Positions 43,815 to 50,876 of a stretch of DNA of 64,000 bases are shown here, in pieces (position 1 is the stretch's first letter; every line of letters starts with the position of its first letter). A program made the position numbers and the translations under genes. The notes beneath the pieces were generated by a model. That model worked only from the letters and a program-made list of their open reading frames with translations, ran no database searches and had not been told where the DNA came from. Source of the DNA: an uncultured Anaerolineales bacterium (GTDB taxonomy: Bacteria; Chloroflexota; Anaerolineae; Anaerolineales; UBA11858); the NCBI GenBank assembly GCA_964618295.1, contig CAZTWV010000001.1, positions 9,435 through 73,434 on the forward strand. Reading direction: 5' to 3'.

Positions 43815-45214
43815 AGGGGGTTCATGATTAAATCAGGGGAAGGGACCGGGGTCAGGAAATAAACTGTGACATATGAGCTCCACGGTTCGTAGTCGTCAAG
43901 CTCATAGCCGAGGTCAACCCAGAAGCGTCCGTCAATTCCACCTCCGACGTCCTCAATTCTTCCAAAACCATAACCGGGGATATAGACCTGCATTCCCTTC
44001 ATGTATCGGTACCATTCCAATGTGACTGCGATTGTGCCTTTTTTCAACCGGGTTCCGCTGGAGGTCCATTTATTACAGCCCGGGCAATTTTCATTGTAGG
44101 AGGTTGCGTAGGCTTCAATCTTTCGCCAGTATTTGATCTGACCGTCCGCAGTATCTGCAGAGCGGACTTCAACCCGGGTGCCGTACCCGATTGTTCGGGG
44201 AACCGGGTCTTTCACCACCCATTCCTTTTCAATTTCCCGCGATATTTCCTGACCGTTTTCGGTTACAATCCGGACCCGCTGGGCTTTAAGTCCAAGTTCT
44301 CCTGCAGTCAGAATTTGCTGCTGGTCCAGCTCTAATTCATTTGTAGGTTGAAACTGGCTGGTGAATTGAATGGGTTCCTGATTCAGGATGTATGATTCTC
44401 CGACCCGGATGATCTCAATTGGTGTTCCTGTCAGATAGGGTTCGCTTTCCGCTGGAAGGCTGTAATCTAAACCCTGTAAAGGAAGAGCGGCGTCTGCCAG
44501 AATATCTCCGATTGTGGTTGAGGCTGATCTGATCCGCAGTTCATTTTCCGGAAGCGAAATGGTCACCGGTCTTGATTGAACATACTTTACCTCCAGCTCC
44601 TCCCCGATCAATATAGTGTTCAGGTCCGGGGTGATTCTGTCTCCTTCAAATAAAGCAAAACCCTCCTGCACCAGGGCTTCAGCCAGTGTAGAGGCATTGG
44701 TGCTGAATTGAATTTGTTCATCTGGCAGCTGGAGCTGAATCACTGTAGCTGGCTTCAATTCAAAAATCAGCGGGGATTCAGAGTCCAGTCTTTCATCTGG
44801 TTTCACCGGGCTTCCGTTGATCAGGATTTCGTCATTTGGGAAAAGCGGCAGCCCCGCTTCCTGCAGGATATTTCCAGGCAATTTTTCAGCTGTATTAACC
44901 TTGATTATCTCGTCTTGATTCAGAATCTGGACAATCCGGGATTGATCGAGGTAAATGATCTCCCCACCCCACAGTATTTTTCCTGGTTTGGGTGAAAGCC
45001 GGTCCTGGTCCAATACTTGCAGATTTTCTTCTTTTAAGAACTGTTCAACTGTAAGAGCAAAGGTAACTCTTTCCTGAAGTTCTCTGTTTAATACAAAATG
45101 GATTTTTTTATAGAGGCTGATTGTAAGCAGGGATGCTCCTACAGCAACCAATAAAGCCGCTGCCATCAGCATGTTTTTCTTGCTTTCCAGAAAAGAATTG
45201 AAGAAATTTTTCAT
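43808..45214 (-). CDS. Cell-wall protein with N-terminal TM anchor, repeated DUF348 (ubiquitin-like) modules, G5 domain and C-terminal 3D domain (YabE/RpfB-like architecture)
   Basis: At least three DUF348-like repeats (TVEQFLKEENLQVLDQDRLSP, STLAEALVQEGFALFEGDRITP, TIGDILADAALPLQGLDYSLP). G5-like QFQPTNELELDQQQILTAGELGLKAQRVRIVTENGQEISREIEKEWVVKDPVPRTIGYG. 3D-domain end ATSYNENCPGC...GTRLKKGTIAV...YIPGYGFGRIEDVGGGI. The 3' end overlaps the convergent DUF89 gene by 7 nt. Confidence 0.8.
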   Translation of the reverse strand: MKNFFNSFLESKKNMLMAAALLVAVGASLLTISLYKKIHFVLNRELQERVTFALTVEQFLKEENLQVLDQDRLSPKPGKILWGGEIIYLDQSRIVQILNQDEIIKVNTAEKLPGNILQEAGLPLFPNDEILINGSPVKPDERLDSESPLIFELKPATVIQLQLPDEQIQFSTNASTLAEALVQEGFALFEGDRITPDLNTILIGEELEVKYVQSRPVTISLPENELRIRSASTTIGDILADAALPLQGLDYSLPAESEPYLTGTPIEIIRVGESYILNQEPIQFTSQFQPTNELELDQQQILTAGELGLKAQRVRIVTENGQEISREIEKEWVVKDPVPRTIGYGTRVEVRSADTADGQIKYWRKIEAYATSYNENCPGCNKWTSSGTRLKKGTIAVTLEWYRYMKGMQVYIPGYGFGRIEDVGGGIDGRFWVDLGYELDDYEPWSSYVTVYFLTPVPSPDLIMNPLY

Positions 45215-45221
45215 AGATAGG

Positions 45222-45337
45222 AAAAAAGCTCCGAACAGGCAGACCGGCGGCGCCCAGAAATTCCTTCTTAGTGCTGCTTCCTTTCGGATCTGACACGGTT
45301 CGCAGGGTTCTACCGCGCCGGACCCATTCGGAGCTCC
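45222..45337 (-). ncRNA. Structured cis-regulatory 5' leader (riboswitch candidate; class unassigned, c-di-AMP/ydaO-type is one testable hypothesis)
   Basis: Minus strand: GGAGCTCCGAA ...(about 95 nt of GC-rich sequence with internal helices)... TTCGGAGCT-TTTTTT, then CCTATCT-ATG. The 9-bp long-range helix contains the only SD-like GGAG and is followed by a U6 tract. Internal pairings are visible: GGGTCC/GAACCC, CTGC/GCAG enclosing TCC-GAAA-GGA, and CCGGCG/CGCCGG. Confidence 0.4.
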
Positions 45338-45342
45338 TGTGC

Positions 45343-45371
45343 ATGATACCGCAGTGGAAAAGCTGTGTCAA
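45343..45371 (-). promoter_or_regulatory. Near-consensus sigma70 promoter driving the structured leader and 3D-domain gene
   Basis: Minus strand: TTGACA (45366-45371), a 17-nt spacer, then TATCAT (45343-45348). Confidence 0.65.
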
Positions 45372-45425
45372 CAAGTCAGGCCCAGCCCTTAATTCACAAC
45401 TTAAAACCCGGGAAAGTTAATTCAA

Positions 45426-45725
45426 TTATTCAGGATTACTGGGAATAGAGGTTCCACCGTGCTGAGGTGGAAAAAAAACACGGGAAATCAAAACTCCCAG
45501 GATGATGATCAGCACAATTACCCCCGCACCAATAATCAAGCCTTCTGTATCCCCGGATTGTAAGGGAAGTTCTTCTCCCTTTTTTTCAGGAGTGAGGGTT
45601 TGGGTAGTTTTTGTCTGCGCCAGAGCTGAAGGCAGTGCCCTTGAAGGAACCGCAAGGACAGTAAGCAGGAGGACAGCAGCCACGGCGATCAGAATGATTT
45701 GAATAGGTTTCATGCTGATTTTCAA
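45426..45725 (-). CDS. Hypothetical small bitopic membrane protein (signal peptide plus one TM)
   Basis: MKPIQIILIAVAAVLLLTVLAVPSRA signal-like N-terminus and a second hydrophobic helix IIGAGVIVLIIILGVLI. No recognisable family. Coding status is based on ORF length and hydrophobic pattern only. Confidence 0.4.
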   Translation of the reverse strand: MKISMKPIQIILIAVAAVLLLTVLAVPSRALPSALAQTKTTQTLTPEKKGEELPLQSGDTEGLIIGAGVIVLIIILGVLISRVFFPPQHGGTSIPSNPE

Positions 45726-45962
45726 TTCTCAGGATAGTTTATGATCAAACGCAGGTATTATACTACATTGAATTCTAATCAAGTTCCCATTTTTGATTTC
45801 AATTTGATATTCAGATCAAGAGCTGATTTCCAGGTAGCCAAATCTATCCGGGTGAGGGGATGATAACAGATTTGTGTAGACATCTTGGAGGAAGAGGGCT
45901 TATCAGCTATAATTATTACTTACACAATCAGAAATATGGTTTGTTGGGGATTGGAGTTCAGA

Positions 45963-46823
45963 ATGAAAATAATTACAGATCGTGCAGCAAATCTCTCCCG
46001 GGAAGAAGAACAGGAACATAAATTGATAGTAGCCCCCCTGTATATCCAGTTCCCAGAAGGGGAGGAAGATTCTTCGAATATGGAGCCGGATGAGTTGTAT
46101 GACCGCCTGGAAGCAATGAAACCGCTGATTCCGACCACCGCGCAGCCGTCTTCAGGAAGCTTTAAAGAGCTTTTTGAGCAGACTGCAGGTCCGGATGAAG
46201 ATATATTGGCTATTCATCTCTCAGAGGGCTTGAGCGGTACAATTCAATCCTCCAGGCTTGGGGCAGAACAATCATCAAATAAAAAGGTGACAGTCTTTGA
46301 TTCAAAAACCCTCTCCGGAGGCCAGCGTTTCCAGGTTCTTGCAGCAGCATTAGCGTCCCGCGCTGGATGGCTGAAGGATGCCATACTGGAAAGACTGGCT
46401 TTAATCCGGGATCAGGTTGAAGTGGTCTATTCATTGGACACATTGGAATATCTGGCCCATGGAGGTAGGATTGGACGGGTGCAGTCTTTGCTGAGTTCTT
46501 TGCTCCACATAAAACCTGTGATCCATGTCGATAAAACGGATGGAAAATACACGAGCATCGGTAAAGCCCGGACATTATCGAGAACAATCGGTTTGATGGT
46601 GGAACATTTGTATGAGCTTTATCCAGATGAGCCGATCTGGGTCACGGTTCTCCACGGGCGGTTGGCAGATGAAGCAGATGAACTGCTCGAAAAACTGAAA
46701 GAACGGCTTCAGGTGGAACGGTCAGAAATTATGCGGGTCACACCGATTCTGGGTGTTCATACCGGTCCCGGGATAGTGGGCGTCGCAGCTGTCCCCATGA
46801 GATTGATGGCGGACCTGCTATAA
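45963..46823 (+). CDS. DegV family fatty-acid-binding protein
   Basis: MKIITDRAANLS...PTTAQPSSGSF...IHLSEGLSGTIQS...YLAHGGRIG fits the DegV pattern. Start trimmed to MKIITD (ATG 45963). The track adds 26 unsupported residues. Confidence 0.8.
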   Translation: MKIITDRAANLSREEEQEHKLIVAPLYIQFPEGEEDSSNMEPDELYDRLEAMKPLIPTTAQPSSGSFKELFEQTAGPDEDILAIHLSEGLSGTIQSSRLGAEQSSNKKVTVFDSKTLSGGQRFQVLAAALASRAGWLKDAILERLALIRDQVEVVYSLDTLEYLAHGGRIGRVQSLLSSLLHIKPVIHVDKTDGKYTSIGKARTLSRTIGLMVEHLYELYPDEPIWVTVLHGRLADEADELLEKLKERLQVERSEIMRVTPILGVHTGPGIVGVAAVPMRLMADLL

Positions 46824-46868
46824 AGAGATAGTTTGAATCTGTATCAATCCCTGGATGCTGTTAGCCTT

Positions 46869-47945
46869 TCAGGGACATTTACAGGTAATTCCCTCATTGT
46901 AATCCTCAACCCAGCAGTTATTAGCGGAAATGCAGGATGACACATCCTGCTCTTCGTTTTTAAACAATCGGGGTAAATCAGGCTCCCGAATCAAAGGTCG
47001 GCTGAGGGAAATGAAGTCCGCGGCTCCGCTCAGGAGCACCTGTTCCATGACTTTCCTGGATCTGTAACCACCAACTGTGATGATTGGGAGATCCGTATTC
47101 GAACGAGCCTGGCGGACAAGCGGCAGAAAGTATCCTTCTTTACTCTGACTGTTGATTCCTTTGGCGATACTCTGGAGCTGATCACCGCTGAAGCCGGAAC
47201 TGATCTCCACCGCATCCAGCTTCCAGTTTTCAAAATGGCGAAGGATCTCAAAGCCTTCTTCAGGTTTTAAGCCCCCGTCTATTCCATCGGCGATCCCAAA
47301 TTTGAGGAACACAGTGTATTCTGGTCCGACCTGCCCTCGAACTTCCCGGCAGATCTCCTGCAGGAATCGACTGCGGTTTTCCAGGCTTCCACCCCACTGA
47401 TCGGATCTGAGATTGGTGGCAGGGGACAGAAATTGGCTGACCAAGTACCCATGAGCGCTGTGGATTTGAACTGCATCAAAGTTCGCTTCTTTGGCCCGAC
47501 GGGCAGCTGATCCAAAAGCTGTGATCACCTCCTGAATTTGATTGGCGGTCATCTCAGCTGGCTTCTGTTTAAATCTTCCGAGAATCTCGCCGGATGGCGA
47601 GATAGGTTTCTGGACAACTTCAGGGGCACAGTTGCCGCCACCATGATTAATCTGGGCTGCAATCAAACCTCCGGATTCATGCACCGCATTGGTTAACCGC
47701 TTGAGGTTGTCCAGCCGATCATCATTATCTATAGCGGTCATTTCAGGATGACACTTGCCGGTGGGATCCACATACAGATGTCCGGTGATGATCATGCCAA
47801 CACCTCCATCTGCAAGCTGACGATAAAGATCGAACAGCGCAGGTTTTGGATTTCCCTGTTGGTCTGCCATCCTTTCTGCCGTGGCAGATCGAATGAGGCG
47901 GTTCGGTATTTCAAGTGAACCAATAACACCGGGGGTGAAGAGCAT
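46869..47945 (-). CDS. NADH:flavin oxidoreductase, Old Yellow Enzyme family
   Basis: RLIRSATAE, QINHGGG, DAVQIHSAHGYLVSQFLSPATNLRSDQWGGSLENRSRF, VGGY. Start set to MLFTPG (ATG 47943-47945), preceded by GGGAG. The longer track ORF reads through the tRNA-Ser gene (GFESHPLR is a translated T-arm). Confidence 0.85.
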   Translation of the reverse strand: MLFTPGVIGSLEIPNRLIRSATAERMADQQGNPKPALFDLYRQLADGGVGMIITGHLYVDPTGKCHPEMTAIDNDDRLDNLKRLTNAVHESGGLIAAQINHGGGNCAPEVVQKPISPSGEILGRFKQKPAEMTANQIQEVITAFGSAARRAKEANFDAVQIHSAHGYLVSQFLSPATNLRSDQWGGSLENRSRFLQEICREVRGQVGPEYTVFLKFGIADGIDGGLKPEEGFEILRHFENWKLDAVEISSGFSGDQLQSIAKGINSQSKEGYFLPLVRQARSNTDLPIITVGGYRSRKVMEQVLLSGAADFISLSRPLIREPDLPRLFKNEEQDVSSCISANNCWVEDYNEGITCKCP

Positions 47946-47982
47946 TGAAAACTCCCTTTTGGAAGTGAATTTCTGATAGCAG

Positions 47983-48012
47983 AATCGCTCAGTTGTAACT
48001 GAGCGATTTTTT
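47983..48012. terminator. Hairpin between tRNA-Ser and the OYE gene
   Basis: AATCGCTCAG-TTGTAA-CTGAGCGATT (10 bp). The T-run lies on the plus-strand side (TTTTTT). In the tRNA direction (minus strand) the hairpin is followed only by CTGCTATC, so termination of the tRNA transcript is probably partial. Confidence 0.5.
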
Positions 48013-48015
48013 AGG

Positions 48016-48102
48016 CGGAGGGGGTGGGATTCGAACCCACGATCCCGTGAAGGATACGCGCTCTCCAAGCGCGCGCACTAGGCCAGACTATGCGACCCCT
48101 CC
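48016..48102 (-). tRNA. tRNA-Ser (anticodon GGA), type II
   Basis: Hand-folded. Acceptor GGAGGGG/CCCCTCC, D-stem GCA/TGC, anticodon stem CGCGC/GCGCG with loop TTGGAGA, long variable arm (ATCC-TTCAC-GGGAT), T-arm GTGGG-TTCGAAT-CCCAC, discriminator G. CCA is not encoded. Position 37 is G, unusual for Ser. Confidence 0.85.
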
Positions 48103-48123
48103 CGTATTATTTTTGCGGGGGAG

Positions 48124-48152
48124 ATTATACCAAACTGGTTCAAGGCTGGCAA
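48124..48152 (-). promoter_or_regulatory. Sigma70-type promoter for tRNA-Ser
   Basis: Minus strand: TTGCCA (48147-48152), a 17-nt spacer, then TATAAT (48124-48129), about 22 nt upstream of the tRNA 5' end. Confidence 0.6.
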
Positions 48153-48249
48153 CCGCAGAAGTAAAAATCAAAAGACCTGGATTCTACCAACCCAGATTTC
48201 CGGATGTGTTATCCTTGTACGTAAGATTATCCTGGAGCCGGGAGTTTTC

Positions 48250-48741
48250 GTGAGCCAAGAAAAAGCAAAAGTTTGGATTGGGTTGGGAACCAATCAGGGA
48301 GACAGGGAGAATAATTTATTTCAAGCCAGAAATTTGCTGGACCCGGAAGTAAAAGTCTTAGAGATTTCTCCGATCTATCAGACTGAACCCTGGGGATTCA
48401 AGGATCAGCCTGATTTTTTGAACCAGGTAATTAAAGCCGAAACAGCACTAACACCATCTGATCTGCTGAAAAAATTAAAGCAAATTGAGCGCGATCTTGG
48501 ACGAGAAGAGACATTCCGGAATGGACCCAGGCTGATAGACCTTGATATTTTATTTTATGATCAGATGATCATCGATCTGGAAGACTTAAAAATTCCCCAT
48601 CCCCGGATACCTGAGCGGGGATTTGTACTTGTCCCGCTGGCGGATCTTGCGCCAGATTTAATCTCCCCCAAAAGCGGAAAATCAATAACTGAAATGCTCA
48701 AGGAAATTGATCCCGCTGGGGTTAAACCCTATCCAGATTAA
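48250..48741 (+). CDS. folK: 2-amino-4-hydroxy-6-hydroxymethyldihydropteridine diphosphokinase (HPPK)
   Basis: VWIGLGTNQGDRENNL ... SPIYQTEPWG...QPDFLNQV ... GPRLIDLDILFY ... PHPRIPERGFVLVPL are canonical FolK blocks. GTG start with GGGAG 5 nt upstream. Confidence 0.9.
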   Translation: MSQEKAKVWIGLGTNQGDRENNLFQARNLLDPEVKVLEISPIYQTEPWGFKDQPDFLNQVIKAETALTPSDLLKKLKQIERDLGREETFRNGPRLIDLDILFYDQMIIDLEDLKIPHPRIPERGFVLVPLADLAPDLISPKSGKSITEMLKEIDPAGVKPYPD

Positions 48742-48747
48742 TACCAT

Positions 48748-50277
48748 ATGGTTCCAGTACTGATTCCGTCCTTCTTACTTGTTATCACGCTTATTTCCGG
48801 TCTTGTCACCTGGAGAGATTACGAAATTTCCTGGCTGAGATGGGTTTATATCTCAGCCGCTGCAGCCGCCTGGATCATATTCGGGTTGATTTCTTCCGGA
48901 GAAACTCCAGTATTCCTGGCAGTTGATCCAGAAATCCCAGGTTCCCTTGGAATTCCACAGCCAGGATTTATTTTTGATAGTATCTCAAAACCAATGCTAA
49001 TGGTTCTGTCCGGGATACTTCTGGTTTGCGCCCTGGATGCTGAGATTTCAAACAGGTGGAAGTCTTGGGTTTTCGCCCTGGGAGGGGCATCCATGCTGGG
49101 GGTGCTTGCCGCAGATGTTTATACGGTTTTGATATCCTGGGCAGCTATTGATTTTATCTGGATGTATTATGACCTGCGATTTATAGCTATAAACCAATCC
49201 ACACCGAGAGAAATGGTCAGCTACGCGGTCAGGCTGCTGGGGCCTGGGCTGATGATTGTACCGGGTTTAGCAGGTATTGAATCAGAGTTTACCTACCTTT
49301 TGAATGAAATCGAACCGATGTCCGCGGTATTTTTGGTAATTGCCAGTTTTTTCCGTCTGGGTGTTTGGTTTTCATCTCCTGAGACTATTGAACCTGATCC
49401 CGAACAGAAAAAAGTTGATCTCAACCTGGTGATTTTACCCAGTGCAGTCTCTGTGGTTTATCTAATTAGATCCGCAGCTGCTATCCAGCCAGTTAACCTC
49501 CCACCAGGTTTGGTCTATCTGGGCGGAGGATTATTAATCTTGCTTGCGCTCTTCCAAATGTTTTTCAAGACAGACCGCTCCGGGAAGAGTTACTGGCTCC
49601 TGGGAGTGGTGGGTCTTGTCATCAGTTCTCTGGTTCTCCAGCAGGAAAGTACAGCGGTGATTCTTGGCCCGCTGCTGTTAGGGACTGGATATCTGCTGAT
49701 CTGGCAAAAAAATGCAGCTTTTCCGGATTGGATTGTGATTGCCAGTGCTGCGGTCTGTCTTTTGCCTCTTCCCTATTTTCCTGGTTGGCCAATCCAGGAA
49801 TTGATCTCCGGTGGGCTGCCAGGAATTGTTATGGGGGGCGGGATGGGATTATTTCTGGCCGGTGCTTTCCGTGTTTTAATCACCTCAAACGGATCCATTT
49901 CAGAATCCAAACAGGTTACGCTTTTTGCGGTTCCTGGGATTGTGGTCCTGATTTTGACTCAGATAATTGTGATTTTTAGTTCAGAATATGGTTCGTCCGT
50001 TCTACTGATGGACATTCTGCCTGGATTTTTGATGATGGCAGCCGCCGGAATTGTGGGTTTCAGGTTTTATCACAAACAACAAATCGATCTGGATCAGGGA
50101 TTTCTGCGTAATGGTTTACTGTGGGGAGAGAAAATATTTGTTTACCTGATAGGTTCAATCATTAACAAAATGGTGAGATATATCGAAAAATTATTAGAGG
50201 GAAGCGCCGGTTTACTCTGGACCTTACTAATTGGTTTTTTAATTTTGACCTTGATCACAGTTGGCGGAGGAGGGTAA
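48748..50277 (+). CDS. Polytopic membrane protein, distant antiporter-like (NuoL/M/N / MrpA/D-like) candidate
   Basis: About 14 predicted TM helices. Faint matches to Proton_antipo_M landmarks: VYTVLISWAAIDFIWMYY, FFKTDRSGKSYWLLGVVGLVISS, LLPLPYFPGWPIQELI. The ATG is 6 nt after the folK stop. Family assignment is by eye only. Confidence 0.4.
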   Translation: MVPVLIPSFLLVITLISGLVTWRDYEISWLRWVYISAAAAAWIIFGLISSGETPVFLAVDPEIPGSLGIPQPGFIFDSISKPMLMVLSGILLVCALDAEISNRWKSWVFALGGASMLGVLAADVYTVLISWAAIDFIWMYYDLRFIAINQSTPREMVSYAVRLLGPGLMIVPGLAGIESEFTYLLNEIEPMSAVFLVIASFFRLGVWFSSPETIEPDPEQKKVDLNLVILPSAVSVVYLIRSAAAIQPVNLPPGLVYLGGGLLILLALFQMFFKTDRSGKSYWLLGVVGLVISSLVLQQESTAVILGPLLLGTGYLLIWQKNAAFPDWIVIASAAVCLLPLPYFPGWPIQELISGGLPGIVMGGGMGLFLAGAFRVLITSNGSISESKQVTLFAVPGIVVLILTQIIVIFSSEYGSSVLLMDILPGFLMMAAAGIVGFRFYHKQQIDLDQGFLRNGLLWGEKIFVYLIGSIINKMVRYIEKLLEGSAGLLWTLLIGFLILTLITVGGGG

Positions 50278-50876
50278 TGGAGATCACCAACCTTCAGCAG
50301 GATTTTAGTCTGGGTTTAATTGCCTTCTGTGCCGCACTCCTGGTTCTGGTTAATAACTGGAGATACTTGCTTGGGATTCTTTCCCTGCAGTATGTCGGAG
50401 TAATGGTCCTGGTGGCTGTTAGCTGGCCGCTTGAGATAGCTGTTGTTAAATTGATTGCAGGCTGGATGGCGGTATCAATTCTAATGCTGACTTATCTAAA
50501 TTTGCCGGACGCAATCAGTGAACAGCTTGAAATCCCGTTTTTCAGACAATTGTTTCATGGTTTAGTCGCTGTGCTGATTGGCTTGGTTGGGATTTCTCTC
50601 CAACCCACAGCGATCCTCTGGTTTTTATCCGCCTCACCTCAACAAACACTTGCTGGTTTACTTTTACTGGGTCTGGGTTTACTTCAGTTGGGAATCAACT
50701 CCCAGGGAATTCGAACAGTCGTTGGGCTGCTCACAGTCCTTTCTGGTTTTGAAATTCTTTATGCAAGTTTGGAGGCATCGGTCTTGATGACCGGTCTGCT
50801 GGCTGTCCTGAATATTGGGATTGCTTTTGTCGGAGCATATTTGTTGGTTAGTTCCCAGCTGGAGGTGGAGATTTGA
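50277..50876 (+). CDS. Six-TM membrane protein, possible duplicated NuoK/MrpC-like module
   Basis: The start overlaps the upstream stop (TAATG). LLTVLSGFEILYASLEASVLMTGLLAVLNIGIAFVGAYLL resembles the NuoK GLEIM-x-NA...A-x-E-A core, and an N-terminal half has similar topology. Weak call made by eye. Confidence 0.35.
   Translation: MEITNLQQDFSLGLIAFCAALLVLVNNWRYLLGILSLQYVGVMVLVAVSWPLEIAVVKLIAGWMAVSILMLTYLNLPDAISEQLEIPFFRQLFHGLVAVLIGLVGISLQPTAILWFLSASPQQTLAGLLLLGLGLLQLGINSQGIRTVVGLLTVLSGFEILYASLEASVLMTGLLAVLNIGIAFVGAYLLVSSQLEVEI

Noticed and set aside
45222-45337. A firm assignment of the structured leader to the ydaO/c-di-AMP riboswitch class.
   Set aside because: I can see only a loose match to the 3' consensus. 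The paired GGGGACCCA / GGGGUGAAUC boxes and the pseudo-two-fold layout are not evident. I keep it as an unclassified riboswitch candidate pending a covariance-model search.
47946-48068. N-terminal 41-aa extension of the OYE ORF in the track.
   Set aside because: The extension translates the tRNA-Ser gene (GFESHPLR corresponds to the T-arm). The real start is MLFTPG, which has GGGAG upstream.
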